DNA of 32,000 nucleotides from Dubosiella newyorkensis (GCF_001945605.1 NZ_MPKA01000057.1:1-32000), one strand, 5' to 3'; shown: positions 8,393 to 19,099, counted from the stretch's first letter. The notes: generated from the sequence alone by a model not told the origin. Numbers and translations: made by a program.

Positions 8393-9160
8393 TTAAATCA
8401 AAAAGATATGATACAATATACCAAATACTAAAATATTTACAAGTAAAGAATCGACTCGATCAAGCACGCCTCCGTGTCCTGGAAGAAAATTAGAGAAGTC
8501 TTTGATCTTAAAATGCCGTTTTATAGCGCTGAAGCAAAGATCTCCAAGTTCTGCGAAGATAGGACAGATCAAACATAAAAGAAGATTCACAGTCGGATCC
8601 ACGTTTTGTTTATAGATTGCGCTGATCAATAAGCTGATCACAAAACCAGAAAGAATCCCCCCAAAGAAGCCTTCCCAGCTTTTTTTAGGAGATACTCTCG
8701 GATTCATCTTATGTTTACCAAACGAGCACCCGACAAAATAGGCCCCCGTATCGCTGCTATATGTCGCGAAAACAATCGTGATCAAATATAAGTGATTCAA
8801 AATGAGTTCCCCGATCGAGATATAAAAAAGCGAAAAAAGCACATAATAAACAATAGCTGCATTGCAATCATCACTCGTAAAGGAAGATGTAAATACAGGA
8901 ATCGACCACAAGAACAAGATCATGCAGGCCACAAGCACAAAGCGCCAATTACCTTCAACAAACCGGGTCGCGATCACTCCAACGATCAGGATCGGCAATA
9001 GCCAGTTCCACTTCGAATAATTTGGAAGGATCCTAAGCCATTCCCAAGCAGAAGCTCCAATAATAAATAAAGCAAGCGCCTCAAGCGGCCATCCTCCATA
9101 TAAAACTGGAAAGGCGACGACAAGAATGATCAATAAAGCCGTTAAAATACGGGTCTTCAT
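8393..9160 (-). CDS. cdsA: phosphatidate cytidylyltransferase
   Basis: A 255-aa polytopic membrane protein with the C-terminal signature SAIKRHFKIKDFSNFLPGHGGVLDRVDS. Confidence 0.9.
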   Translation of the reverse strand: MKTRILTALLIILVVAFPVLYGGWPLEALALFIIGASAWEWLRILPNYSKWNWLLPILIVGVIATRFVEGNWRFVLVACMILFLWSIPVFTSSFTSDDCNAAIVYYVLFSLFYISIGELILNHLYLITIVFATYSSDTGAYFVGCSFGKHKMNPRVSPKKSWEGFFGGILSGFVISLLISAIYKQNVDPTVNLLLCLICPIFAELGDLCFSAIKRHFKIKDFSNFLPGHGGVLDRVDSLLVNILVFGILYHIFLI

Positions 9161-9849
9161 TTGACACCTCCAAATCGCCGATCACGCTGATCATATTCTT
9201 GTAGACAAGCATCCAGATCCGCTTCATTAAACTCAGGCCATGCTTTTTTCGTAAAAATCAATTCCGCATACGCGATCTGCCACAAAAGAAAGTTCGAGAT
9301 CCGCTCTTCTCCACTTGTCCTGATCAGTAGATCAACATCTTCAGGCACAAATAAATACTCTTTCATTTCCTCTTCGCGAAGATCATTTTCTCTTAGTCCT
9401 GTATTAACTTGTTGGGCGTATTTTTGCATCGCCAAAAGAATTTCGCGTCTCGCTCCATAATTGATCGCCAAACATAATTCGAGACCTGTATTTTCTCGAG
9501 TACGATCGATTGCCTTGCGAATGACTTCTTGTGTTTCCTTTGGGAATTTTTCCAGCTCGCCTGCGAAGGTGACTCGAATATTTTTCTCCATCAGCTCGTT
9601 GATGAATTTTGAAAAAAACAAACCAGGAAGCTTACATAGATAAGAAACTTCATCTTCAGGCCGTTTCCAATTTTCTGTAGAAAACGCATAGAGAATGAGC
9701 TTCTTGATACCAAGACGATTGGCTTCTAAAGCAATCGTTCGAACTTGATCGGCTCCTTTTTTATGGCCAGCCGTCCTAGGCAGACCCCTTTGTTTGGCCC
9801 ATCTTCCATTTCCGTCCATAATAATAGCCACTGTTTCAGGAATGTTCAT
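9157..9849 (-). CDS. uppS: undecaprenyl diphosphate synthase (isoprenyl transferase)
   Basis: 230 aa with the motifs IIMDGNGRWA, FSTENWKRP and IRTSGEERISNFLLWQ. Confidence 0.95.
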   Translation of the reverse strand: MNIPETVAIIMDGNGRWAKQRGLPRTAGHKKGADQVRTIALEANRLGIKKLILYAFSTENWKRPEDEVSYLCKLPGLFFSKFINELMEKNIRVTFAGELEKFPKETQEVIRKAIDRTRENTGLELCLAINYGARREILLAMQKYAQQVNTGLRENDLREEEMKEYLFVPEDVDLLIRTSGEERISNFLLWQIAYAELIFTKKAWPEFNEADLDACLQEYDQRDRRFGGVK

Positions 9850-9939
9850 AAATATATACTACATACGATGTATGCTTATCCTTTCTGTTATTTCTTTTAA
9901 AGAATATCCCAAAATTGGTTTTTTGTATATTGAAAAACG

Positions 9940-9976
9940 AAATAGAAAAGAAGTATTTTGTCTCCAAAATACTTCT
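9940..9976 (-). terminator. intrinsic terminator after frr
   Basis: The minus strand reads AGAAGTATTTT-ggagac-AAAATACTTCT followed by TTTCTATTT. The hairpin begins 6 nt past the frr stop codon. Confidence 0.7.
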
Positions 9977-9982
9977 AAAAAA

Positions 9983-10528
9983 TTATACGTTCAAGATCTC
10001 GTCTTTCTTTTCGTTAACGATCGTTTCAATATCTTTGATAAATTTGTCTGTCAATTTTTGCGTGTCGTTCAAAAGCTCTTTGGTGATATCTTCGCTGATC
10101 TCTTTATCTTTTTTGATCGCGTCGTTGCAATCACGACGGACGTTCCGGACAGCTACCTTGCATTCTTCCGCGAATTTTTGAGCGTCTTTTGCCAATTGCT
10201 TTCTTCGGTCTTGCGTCAATTGAGGGACTAAGATCCGAATTTGATCCGCCTCCGCTTGTGGATTCAAGCCTAAATTAGCAGCTTGAATCGCATGGGCAAT
10301 CGATTTTACGGTGCTGCGATCATAGGGTTTGATTACAAGCTGGGTTCCTTCTACTACCGAAATACGTGCAATTTGATTGATCGGAGTTGGCTCTCCATAA
10401 TAATCGACACGCACACGATCTAAGATTTGAGAATTTGCTCGGCCTGTTCTTATCGTCGCGAGATTCGATTCTAAATTCTCGATCGCTGTCATCATTTTTA
10501 ATTCTGCTTTTTCTAAATGTTCGTTCAT
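9983..10528 (-). CDS. frr: ribosome recycling factor
   Basis: 181 aa, full-length RRF-like (LATIRTGRAN..., RRDCNDAIKK). Confidence 0.95.
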   Translation of the reverse strand: MNEHLEKAELKMMTAIENLESNLATIRTGRANSQILDRVRVDYYGEPTPINQIARISVVEGTQLVIKPYDRSTVKSIAHAIQAANLGLNPQAEADQIRILVPQLTQDRRKQLAKDAQKFAEECKVAVRNVRRDCNDAIKKDKEISEDITKELLNDTQKLTDKFIKDIETIVNEKKDEILNV

Positions 10529-10543
10529 CGTTTTCTCCTTTGA

Positions 10544-11251
10544 TCACTCTTTTGATACAACTGTACCATCGACTTTTTGTTCAACTGCTTTTAGAATATT
10601 TCCTTCCTCATTCATATTGAATACGACTAAGTCAATATCATTATCCATACACATGCTGATCGCTGTAGAATCCATGACCTGCAGCCCTTTGTTCAAGACA
10701 TCCATATAAGTCAAATGGTCAAATCTCTTCGCATTCTTATCCTTTTTCGGATCGGCGTCATAAATGCCATCTACACCATTTTTCGCCATCAAGATCACAT
10801 CGGCATCGATTTCCGAAGCTCGCAGCGCCGCTGTCGTGTCAGTCGAAAAATAAGGAGATCCTGTTCCTGCTCCAAAGATCACGATCCGTCCTTTTTCTAA
10901 ATGGCGGATCGCACGCCGCAAGATATAAGGTTCTGCGACTTTTTGCATTTCAACCGCTGTCTGAACACGCGTGTCTACATCCTCTTGCTCAAGGGCATTT
11001 TGGACAGCTAAGGCATTGATCACCGTCCCTAGCATTCCCATATAGTCCGCCTGCGCCCGATTCATACCCATTTCTGCCATCATTTTTCCGCGAATAAAAT
11101 TGCCGCCGCCTACAACGATCGCCAATTCTACTCCCGTTTCTTTAACCGCTTTCAACTCTTTAGCTAGGCGTTTCAGCACTTTTGGTTCTAGAGCATTTTC
11201 AGAAGAAGACAAAGCCTCTCCGCTTAATTTTAACAATACTCGTTTATACAT
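10544..11251 (-). CDS. pyrH: UMP kinase
   Basis: 235 aa with KLSGEAL and [10 protein letters not shown] motifs. AAAGGAG Shine-Dalgarno. Confidence 0.95.
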   Translation of the reverse strand: MYKRVLLKLSGEALSSSENALEPKVLKRLAKELKAVKETGVELAIVVGGGNFIRGKMMAEMGMNRAQADYMGMLGTVINALAVQNALEQEDVDTRVQTAVEMQKVAEPYILRRAIRHLEKGRIVIFGAGTGSPYFSTDTTAALRASEIDADVILMAKNGVDGIYDADPKKDKNAKRFDHLTYMDVLNKGLQVMDSTAISMCMDNDIDLVVFNMNEEGNILKAVEQKVDGTVVSKE

Positions 11252-11300
11252 GAAATTAGCTCCTTTGATTGTCGTTTATAATTATACAAGAGTTGAAATT

Positions 11301-11327
11301 AAAAAAAAAGACTAGTCTTTCTAGTCT
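11301..11327 (-). terminator. intrinsic terminator of the arg operon
   Basis: The minus strand reads AGACTAG-aaaga-CTAGTCT followed by nine T residues. It directly abuts the argF stop codon (11328-11330). Confidence 0.8.
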
Positions 11328-12233
11328 CTAGTCTTTCATGAGCAATACCATCACGGCTTTTTGCGCGTGCAGACGATTTTCGGCTTCTTCAAAAATCTCA
11401 TCGGCGTGCTCTTCAAATACCTTTTCCGTGATTTCCTGTTCTCGATACGCAGGAAGACAGTGAAGAACCATAGCGTTCTCTTTCGCGAGTTCCATCAAGG
11501 AATCATTGACTTGATAAGGAGCAAACGCGATCTTACGAATTTCTTTTTCGGATTCGACTCCCATGCTCGCCCAAGTATCTGTAATCACCACATCTGCATT
11601 CTGAACAGCTTCTTTGGGATCTGTTGTCCATAAAAACGAATCATAATCGTTCGCAAAATCAAGAACAAGATCATCTGGTTTGTATTCGTTTGGTGTAGCA
11701 ACTGCGACACACATTCCCATTTTCAAACCACCAACGATCAAAGAGTTTGCCATGTTGTCTCCATCGCCAACATAAGCCATTTTCAAACCTTTGAGATCGC
11801 CATACTTTTCTCGGATCGTCATCAGATCCGCCAGCACTTGGCATGGATGCGAAAAATCAGTCAACCCATTGATGATTGGAATACTTCCATATTCGGCAAG
11901 ATCTTCCACTTCCTTTTGTTCAAAAGTACGGATCATGATCGCATCGAGATAACGAGAAAGCACGCGAGCCGTGTCTTGTACGGGTTCTCCTCTTCCGATT
12001 TGAAGATCACGGGCCGATAAGAACAATGCTTGCCCGCCAAGCTGATTCATTCCTGTTTCAAAAGAGACGCGGGTTCTTGTGCTCGACTTTTGAAAAATCA
12101 AACCAATCGATTTTCCTTCTAAATATGGATGGGCGATCCCATGCTTCTTTTCATATTTCAATTGATCAGCAAGATCCAAGATCTGCGTGATCTCTTCGCT
12201 TGATAGATCGAGCATTTTCAGTAAATGTTTCAT
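11328..12233 (-). CDS. argF: ornithine carbamoyltransferase
   Basis: 301 aa with the motifs STRTRVSFE, HPCQ and HCLPA. Confidence 0.92.
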   Translation of the reverse strand: MKHLLKMLDLSSEEITQILDLADQLKYEKKHGIAHPYLEGKSIGLIFQKSSTRTRVSFETGMNQLGGQALFLSARDLQIGRGEPVQDTARVLSRYLDAIMIRTFEQKEVEDLAEYGSIPIINGLTDFSHPCQVLADLMTIREKYGDLKGLKMAYVGDGDNMANSLIVGGLKMGMCVAVATPNEYKPDDLVLDFANDYDSFLWTTDPKEAVQNADVVITDTWASMGVESEKEIRKIAFAPYQVNDSLMELAKENAMVLHCLPAYREQEITEKVFEEHADEIFEEAENRLHAQKAVMVLLMKD

Positions 12234-13411
12234 TGCAGTACCCCTTTCAAAATTTGTGCAGCTTGGTCGATCTCCTCTTTCGTGATGATCAAAGGAGGGA
12301 GCAAACGGATCGTGTTCGTACCCGCTTTCAAGACGAGAAGGCCTTGATCTTGAGCCGCTTGAATATAGTCTAGGACATGTTCAGGTTCTACTTCGATCCC
12401 AATCATCAAACCGATCCCTCGAACCTCTTTGATATGTTCAGAATCGATAGATTTGAGCTTTTCCATAAAATAAGCGCCTTTTTCACGAACTTCATCTAAA
12501 AAGTCACGATTATTTACGATCGACAAAACGGTTTTTGCTGCTGTCGTCGCTAAAGGATTAGCCCCATAAGTCGATCCATGGTCTCCTTTTTGAAGCGCTG
12601 AGGAAGTTCTTTTATTGGCTAAGATACCACCAATCGGAACTCCTCCGCCTAGAGCTTTCGCCATCGATACGATATCTGGCTCGATCCCGTAAGTTTGATA
12701 GCAGAACAAATCGCCTGTGCGGCCTATCCCTGTTTGAACTTCGTCCACGAGCAACAGCAAGTCATTCTCGTGGCAAAACTTCTCCAATTCTTTGACGAAT
12801 TTTGGATCCAGAGGCTGTACGCCGCTTTCTCCTTGAATCAGTTCCACCATCACGCCACATGTGTTTTCATCGACTTTTTCTTTCAAGTCTTCCATGTCGT
12901 TGATCGTGAAATAGTCAAATCCGCTCGTGTATGGAAAGAAATATTGGTGGAATTTATCTTGACCTGTCGCTTCGAGAGTCGCGATCGTCCGTCCATGGAA
13001 CGAATTTTTTAAAGTCAAGATCTTTGTTCGATCTTTTCCAAAATTCATTTGGGAATACTTTCGAGCTGCTTTGATCATCGCCTCATTGGCTTCTGCTCCT
13101 GAATTGCAGAAAAACGCTTTATCCATACCCGTCGCAAGACATAAAATTTCTGCCGCTTCGACCATCGGCTTTGTATAATAAAGATTTGACGTATGCATCA
13201 AAGTTCCGACTTGTTCTTGGAGCGCTTTTGTTAAAGCGGGATGGGCATGTCCTAAGACGTTGACACCAATTCCACTTGTCAGATCTAAGTATTCTTTCCC
13301 TTCAAAATCATATAATTTACAGCCTTGTCCATGATCTAAACAAAGATCAAAACGACTATAGGTCTGCATGACATACTTTTGTTCATTTTCTTTTAATTGT
13401 GCTTGGCTCAT
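12230..13411 (-). CDS. argD: acetylornithine aminotransferase (class III PLP aminotransferase)
   Basis: 393 aa. The GAEANE, DEVQTGIGRTG and SMAKALGGG (PLP lysine) motifs support it. ATGA overlap with argF. Confidence 0.9.
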   Translation of the reverse strand: MSQAQLKENEQKYVMQTYSRFDLCLDHGQGCKLYDFEGKEYLDLTSGIGVNVLGHAHPALTKALQEQVGTLMHTSNLYYTKPMVEAAEILCLATGMDKAFFCNSGAEANEAMIKAARKYSQMNFGKDRTKILTLKNSFHGRTIATLEATGQDKFHQYFFPYTSGFDYFTINDMEDLKEKVDENTCGVMVELIQGESGVQPLDPKFVKELEKFCHENDLLLLVDEVQTGIGRTGDLFCYQTYGIEPDIVSMAKALGGGVPIGGILANKRTSSALQKGDHGSTYGANPLATTAAKTVLSIVNNRDFLDEVREKGAYFMEKLKSIDSEHIKEVRGIGLMIGIEVEPEHVLDYIQAAQDQGLLVLKAGTNTIRLLPPLIITKEEIDQAAQILKGVLQ

Positions 13412-13420
13412 TATATCCTC

Positions 13421-14272
13421 CTAGTAAAACATCGTACCGATTCCTTCATCGCTCAATATCTCGATCAAAATCGAATGAGGTACCCGACCATCTTGGATAT
13501 TAGCTCTTTGTACCCCTTGACGCACGGATTCAACACAGCAATCTACTTTAGGGATCATCCCTCCAGATATGATTCCTGCCATCACAAGGGATGGTACTTG
13601 CGACACTTTCAATCGAGTGATCAAAGTCGATGGGTCTTTTGGATCTCGCATCAAACCAGGTACATCCGTCAGCAAGATCAGTTTTTTGGCGTGAAGTGCG
13701 CTTGCAAGCTGACTTGCAGCCGTATCCGCGTTAATATTGTACGTCGCATTTTCATGCATTCCAGCCGCAACCGAAGAGATCACGGGAATGTAGCCTTGCG
13801 TAATGAGATCTTGAACGATCTTAGGATCAACATTAATGATTTCACCAACGTAGCCATAATCTGTATTTGTCTCGTCTTTATACGGAACGGCTCTAAAGAG
13901 TCCTCCATCAATTCCAGACAATCCGATCCCTTTTCCGTCCAGCAAATTGACAAGATCTTTATTGACTTTTCCGCACAAGACCATCTGCACGATATCCATA
14001 GCTTCCCTAGAAGTGACTCTCAAACCATTTTCAAAATGCGATTCTGTATTCGTTTTTGAAAGCATCGCTGAAATATCTGGCCCTCCTCCATGAATAAGGA
14101 CAACATGGATCCCAACTAAATGGAGCAATAAGATATCTTGGATCACCGCTTTTTTTAGTTCTTCATCGATCATCGCATTCCCGCCATATTTGATCACGAT
14201 CGTCTCTCCGTGATACTCTTGAATATTTGGGAGCGCTTCGATCAAGATCTTCGCTTGTTCTTTGGCATTCAT
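13421..14272 (-). CDS. argB: acetylglutamate kinase
   Basis: 283 aa with VIKYGGNAM and LIHGGGP motifs. ATGA overlap with the argJ stop codon. Confidence 0.92.
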   Translation of the reverse strand: MNAKEQAKILIEALPNIQEYHGETIVIKYGGNAMIDEELKKAVIQDILLLHLVGIHVVLIHGGGPDISAMLSKTNTESHFENGLRVTSREAMDIVQMVLCGKVNKDLVNLLDGKGIGLSGIDGGLFRAVPYKDETNTDYGYVGEIINVDPKIVQDLITQGYIPVISSVAAGMHENATYNINADTAASQLASALHAKKLILLTDVPGLMRDPKDPSTLITRLKVSQVPSLVMAGIISGGMIPKVDCCVESVRQGVQRANIQDGRVPHSILIEILSDEGIGTMFY

Positions 14273-15471
14273 GTTCGATAATCTCCATTGATCTTTACAT
14301 AGTCATAGGTCAGATCGCAACCCCAGCATGTTGCTTCGGCATTTCCTTCCTGCAAATCGATATGAACTTGAACTCGATCGGCGGATAAGATCTTCGTCGC
14401 CTTCTCTTCATCGAAAGAAACACCCTTCCCTTTTTGACAAACGCAAATCTCTCCTTCTTTCGAAGAAAAAGATACAGTAACGCCATTTACATCAAATACA
14501 GCGCCTGAATAGCCCATAGCGCATAAGATCCTTCCCCAATTGGCGTCTTTACCAAACATCGCGGCTTTGAATAAAGAGCTCGAGCATACGCTCATTGCCA
14601 ATTGTTCTGCTTGCTTTTCGTTTTTGGCATGCGTGACCATGATTTCTAGAAGCCGACTTGCTCCTTCTCCATCCGAGGCGATCTGGATAGCCAAAGATTT
14701 CATCACAGTGAAGAGCGCTTCTTCAAACAAACTCTCTTCTTCCTCTTGAATAGTGTCATACATGGCTTGGCCATTCGCTAGAACGATACACATATCGTTG
14801 GTGGATGTGTCTCCATCGACACTGATTCGATTGAATGTTTTTTTGGTCAGCTTCTGAACTAGTTTTTGAAGAACGGATGATTCGATCTTAGCGTCCGTAC
14901 AAATGAAGGCCAACATCGTTCCCATATTCGGGTGGATCATGCCTGAGCCTTTGCACATGCCAGCGATCCGAACCGTTTGTTGACCGATCTGAAGACTTGC
15001 CTGAGCGATTTTCATCTTTGTATCCGTAGTCATGATAGCGATCGCGGCTTTTTCAAAAGCGGATTCGCTATCGTTTAAATGGATCTGATCAAGACCTTTT
15101 TCGATTTTTTCAACAGGCAATTCGGCTCCGATCACTCCGGTCGATGCTACGATCACATCTTGGGGTTTCAAATCGAGCAAGCAAGCTGCCGCTTGTTGTT
15201 CTTTGATGGCGTTTTCCATCCCATTTTTAGCGCAGGCATTCGCATTTCCAGAATTCACGATGATCGCTTGCGCTTTACCATCTTGAAGCGTTTGTTGGTT
15301 TAAGAGAAGAGGATCGGCTTTGACTATATTTTTTGTATAGACGATCCCGACATCACACATTGTATTCGAAACGATCAATGCGACATCTTCTTTTTGTGAA
15401 GATTCTTTAATATGACATAAGCAGCTTCCATAATAAAATCCTTTAGGAAGCTTGATTCCTTCCATTTCCAT
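14269..15471 (-). CDS. argJ: bifunctional glutamate N-acetyltransferase / amino-acid acetyltransferase ArgJ
   Basis: Carries the autoprocessing-site context GMIHPNMGTMLAF. I prefer the ATG at 15471 (MEMEGIKLPKGF), with AGGAAAG upstream, over the TTG at 15507, which would overlap argC. Confidence 0.9.
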   Translation of the reverse strand: MEMEGIKLPKGFYYGSCLCHIKESSQKEDVALIVSNTMCDVGIVYTKNIVKADPLLLNQQTLQDGKAQAIIVNSGNANACAKNGMENAIKEQQAAACLLDLKPQDVIVASTGVIGAELPVEKIEKGLDQIHLNDSESAFEKAAIAIMTTDTKMKIAQASLQIGQQTVRIAGMCKGSGMIHPNMGTMLAFICTDAKIESSVLQKLVQKLTKKTFNRISVDGDTSTNDMCIVLANGQAMYDTIQEEEESLFEEALFTVMKSLAIQIASDGEGASRLLEIMVTHAKNEKQAEQLAMSVCSSSLFKAAMFGKDANWGRILCAMGYSGAVFDVNGVTVSFSSKEGEICVCQKGKGVSFDEEKATKILSADRVQVHIDLQEGNAEATCWGCDLTYDYVKINGDYRT

Positions 15472-15481
15472 AGTTCTTTCC

Positions 15482-16387
15482 TTATCTAAGTCCTTTAGTT
15501 TCTTCAAAGCCGAGCATGATGTTCATATTTTGGATCGCCGCACCGCAGGCTCCTTTTCCTAAATTGTCAAAGGAAGCGCAGACGATCGTTTGTTCTTCAT
15601 TTCCATGCACGTATAGTTTTAAATGATCGGTGTTCCTCATCGCATTCGCATATAGAAAGCTATTATTTCCAAATTCGACCTCGATCAAAGGTTGATCTTG
15701 ATAAGCCTTGTTCAATACTTCAAATACTTGTCTTGCATCCAGTTCAAATTGAATCGAAACGAGCATTCCATTATAGTAGTCGTCGACGATCGGTGTAAAT
15801 AATGGTTTTCTTGAAAGACCACTGATCTTCTGCATTTCAGGAATATGTTTATGCTGCATCGACAAACCATAGATTGCAGGAGATTTCAAAAGATCATTTT
15901 CTTGATCTCCTTCATATTGTTGGATCATCGATTTTCCTCCGCCAGAATAGCCAGTTAAAGAAAAAGCATGAATCGATATGTCGGGTTTGATCAAATTCGC
16001 CTGAATCAGAGGATGAACGATGCTGATGAAGCCTGTGGCATGGCATCCTGGATTTGCGACGTACTTGGCTTCTTTGATCTTCTTTCTTTGATCAGGATCA
16101 AGTTCTGGAAAACCATAAACCCAGCTTGTTCGATGGGCTGTAGAGGCATCGATGATTTTTGTCGACGTCCCTTCCGCAAGCGAAACTGCTTCAATCGCTG
16201 CTTGATCGGGCAAGCATAGAAACGCAAGATCCGCTTTCGCGAAGCATTCTTTTCTTTTTTCCGGATCCTTCCGGTCCGCTTGGGCGATCAGGATCAATTC
16301 TAGATCCTCTCTCTCTTTCAGCCTTTCTAAGATCTGAAGGCCTGTCGTTCCCGCTTGACCATCGATATAAATCTTTGGCTTATTCAT
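15482..16387 (-). CDS. argC: N-acetyl-gamma-glutamyl-phosphate reductase, short (uncommon) form
   Basis: 301 aa. The N-terminal IYIDGQAGTTGLQILERL dinucleotide-binding motif and NPGCHATG active-site cysteine context support it. Its position between argH and argJ also fits. Confidence 0.85.
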   Translation of the reverse strand: MNKPKIYIDGQAGTTGLQILERLKEREDLELILIAQADRKDPEKRKECFAKADLAFLCLPDQAAIEAVSLAEGTSTKIIDASTAHRTSWVYGFPELDPDQRKKIKEAKYVANPGCHATGFISIVHPLIQANLIKPDISIHAFSLTGYSGGGKSMIQQYEGDQENDLLKSPAIYGLSMQHKHIPEMQKISGLSRKPLFTPIVDDYYNGMLVSIQFELDARQVFEVLNKAYQDQPLIEVEFGNNSFLYANAMRNTDHLKLYVHGNEEQTIVCASFDNLGKGACGAAIQNMNIMLGFEETKGLR

Positions 16388-17771
16388 GTTCTGCCTCCAT
16401 CTTAGCTAAAAATCGAGTGATTTCCTCGATCTGGATCTCTACTTGCTCAGGGCTCGGTCCACCATACACATTTCTTTGTTTGACACAATTAAGAAGATCG
16501 ATGGCTTCAAAAACATCTTCTTCGAAGAGCGGATGAAACTCTTTTAAAGTCTGTAGCGACAATTCGTCAAGACTGGCTCCTTTTTCGTTACAGAAAGCGA
16601 CGATCTGCCCTGTGATCTTATAGGCGTCCCGAAAAGGAAGTCCTTTTTTTGTTAAATAATCTGCACAATCGGTCGCGTTCAAAAATCCTTTTTTAGCGGC
16701 TTGATACATCGTATTTGTATATAAAGTCATCGTTTGACACATTTTTGGCAAAACGCTTAAACACATTTCTACTGTGTCGATCGCATCAAAAACGGATTCC
16801 TTATCTTCTTGCATATCTTTATTGTAGGCGAGAGGCAATCCTTTGAGCGTCGTGAACAAAGCCATCATATCCCCATAGACCCGGCCAGTTTTTCCGCGAA
16901 CCAGCTCACAAATATCTGGATTTTTCTTTTGGGGCATGATGCTTGATCCTGTCGCATAAGCATCATCCAATTCAATGAACTTAAATTCCCATGAACACCA
17001 GGCGATGATCTCTTCACTGAAGCGTGAAAGATGCATCATCAAGATCGATAGATCGCTAAGCAGCTCTAAGCAATAGTCACGATCGCTCACTCCATCGATC
17101 GAATTGGATGTTGGCTTATCAAAGCCTAGAAAAGCGGCGCTATAAAAGCGATCGATCGGATAGGTGGTTGTCGCTAAAGCACCCGAGCCTAGCGGCGACT
17201 CATTCATCAAGGAATACGTGTTGGACAGACGAATGAGATCTCTTCTAAGCATTTGCGCATAAGCCATGATCGTATGGGCGAATGTGATCGGTTGAGCCCG
17301 TTGCAAATGGGTGTAGCCTGGCATGATCGTCGTTAGATTCGATTTTGCTAAGCTGAGCAGCTCTTGTGAAAGAACGATGATCTGAGATTGGATCTTTTGA
17401 ATGTGATCTTTAACGAAAAGGCGCATATCTAAAGCGACTTGATCGTTTCTGCTTCTTGCGGTGTGCAATCTTTTTCCTGCTGCTCCGATCTTTTCTGTCA
17501 AGAGCTGTTCAATACACATATGAATATCTTCATACTCGCTCGTGAATTCGATCTTGCCTTCTTGGATCTCGTCGAGGATCTCCAAAAGACCTTGTTCGAT
17601 TTGTTTTTGATCCTCTTCGCTCAATATTCCTTGTTTTTGTAGCATTTGGGAATGCGCGATCGAGCCTTGGATATCGTATGGATAAAGACGCTGATCGAAA
17701 TGGATCGATGCGTTGAAATCATTGACAAGCGCGTTGGTTTCAGATTGAAACCGTCCAGCCCACATTTTCAT
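16380..17771 (-). CDS. argH: argininosuccinate lyase
   Basis: 463 aa with the fumarate-lyase signature GSSIMPQKKNPD. Confidence 0.95.
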   Translation of the reverse strand: MKMWAGRFQSETNALVNDFNASIHFDQRLYPYDIQGSIAHSQMLQKQGILSEEDQKQIEQGLLEILDEIQEGKIEFTSEYEDIHMCIEQLLTEKIGAAGKRLHTARSRNDQVALDMRLFVKDHIQKIQSQIIVLSQELLSLAKSNLTTIMPGYTHLQRAQPITFAHTIMAYAQMLRRDLIRLSNTYSLMNESPLGSGALATTTYPIDRFYSAAFLGFDKPTSNSIDGVSDRDYCLELLSDLSILMMHLSRFSEEIIAWCSWEFKFIELDDAYATGSSIMPQKKNPDICELVRGKTGRVYGDMMALFTTLKGLPLAYNKDMQEDKESVFDAIDTVEMCLSVLPKMCQTMTLYTNTMYQAAKKGFLNATDCADYLTKKGLPFRDAYKITGQIVAFCNEKGASLDELSLQTLKEFHPLFEEDVFEAIDLLNCVKQRNVYGGPSPEQVEIQIEEITRFLAKMEAEHE

Positions 17772-17785
17772 ATTCGATCTCCTTT

Positions 17786-19048
17786 CTATTCTACGTTGGA
17801 GAAATGGATTCCTTCTTCTTCGAATAATTGTTGATCTTGTAGCGCCCTTACTTTGATTGGAAGACCGAATAAATTGATAAATCCAGCCGAATCAGATTGG
17901 TCATAACAATCATCTTCATCAAAGGTCGCCATACCTGCTGAATACAAAGAATATTTTGACGTTACAGAAGCAGGAATTATATTGCCTTTATAAAGTTTGA
18001 GGGTCACATCCCCAGTGACATTTTTTTGTGTTTCATCCACGAAGGCGCTCAGCGCTTTTCTTAGCGGCGTATACCATAATCCGTTATAGACGAGTTCTCC
18101 AAACTTCAAAGCGACTTGATTTTTATAGTGTTGGGTTTCTTTATCGAGTGTGATCTCTTCAAGCTTTTGATGAGCGGCATATAAGATCGTTCCTCCTGGT
18201 GTCTCGTATACTCCTCTTGATTTCATGCCAACCAATCGATTTTCGACAATATCTAAGATTCCGATCCCATTCTTTCCACCGATCGTATTGAGCAGTTCGA
18301 TCAATTCAACAGAATTCATCTCTTCGCCATTGACAGCCGTAGGCACGCCTTGTTCGAAATGGATCGTTACATATTCTGGCTGATCCGGAGCTTGTTCAGG
18401 AGATACGCCAAGTTCTAAAAATCCTTCTTTATTGATTGGTGCTTCATTGGCGGGGTCTTCTAGATCTAATCCTTCATGAGAAAGATGCCATAAGTTCTTG
18501 TCTTTTGAATAATTTGTTTCTTTATTGATTTTTAACGGAATATGGTGTTGTTCGGCGTATTCGATTTCCTTTTCGCGGGAATTGAGCTCCCAGAATCTCC
18601 AAGGAGCGATGATATCGATTTCTGGCGCGAAAGCTTTGATCGCTAGTTCAAAGCGCACTTGGTCATTTCCTTTTCCCGTGCATCCATGGCAGATCGCGTC
18701 GGCGCCTTCTTTTTTAGCAATCTCTACGATCCGTTTTGCGATCAAAGGTCGAGCAAACGATGTTCCAAGCAAGTATTGCTCATAAGTGGCTCCCGCTTTG
18801 ATCGTTGGGATAATATATTCATCTACGAATTCTTGGTTCAAGTCTTCGATATATAACTTAGAGGCTCCTGTTGCGAGTGCTTTTTCTTCCAGTCCTTCTA
18901 GTTCAGATTTTTGTCCAACGTTTCCTGAAACAGCGATGATTTCTGCTCCATAGTTTTCTTTGAGCCATGGGATCAAAACGGATGTATCCAATCCACCTGA
19001 ATAGGCTAATACGATTTTTTTATATTGCTTTTGTTGTGGTTTGTTCAT
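17786..19048 (-). CDS. argG: argininosuccinate synthase
   Basis: 420 aa with the [10 protein letters not shown]-loop-like motif. AGGAGAG Shine-Dalgarno. Confidence 0.95.
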   Translation of the reverse strand: MNKPQQKQYKKIVLAYSGGLDTSVLIPWLKENYGAEIIAVSGNVGQKSELEGLEEKALATGASKLYIEDLNQEFVDEYIIPTIKAGATYEQYLLGTSFARPLIAKRIVEIAKKEGADAICHGCTGKGNDQVRFELAIKAFAPEIDIIAPWRFWELNSREKEIEYAEQHHIPLKINKETNYSKDKNLWHLSHEGLDLEDPANEAPINKEGFLELGVSPEQAPDQPEYVTIHFEQGVPTAVNGEEMNSVELIELLNTIGGKNGIGILDIVENRLVGMKSRGVYETPGGTILYAAHQKLEEITLDKETQHYKNQVALKFGELVYNGLWYTPLRKALSAFVDETQKNVTGDVTLKLYKGNIIPASVTSKYSLYSAGMATFDEDDCYDQSDSAGFINLFGLPIKVRALQDQQLFEEEGIHFSNVE

Positions 19049-19099
19049 ATTTTCTCTCCTCTATCCATAAATCGAATGGCATGAAGCAAGTCTTTGGGT

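Noticed and set aside
13397-14059. 220-aa plus-strand ORF antisense to argB/argD. Similar long antisense ORFs occur at 19691-20284 (197 aa, in tsf), 28869-29285 (in ffh), 16159-16536, 9794-10231 and 1095-1490.
   Set aside because: All lie entirely within well-supported minus-strand genes. Their composition is not protein-like (Cys/His/Arg/Phe-rich and low complexity) and none has a Shine-Dalgarno. They are typical shadow ORFs on the antisense strand of real genes.
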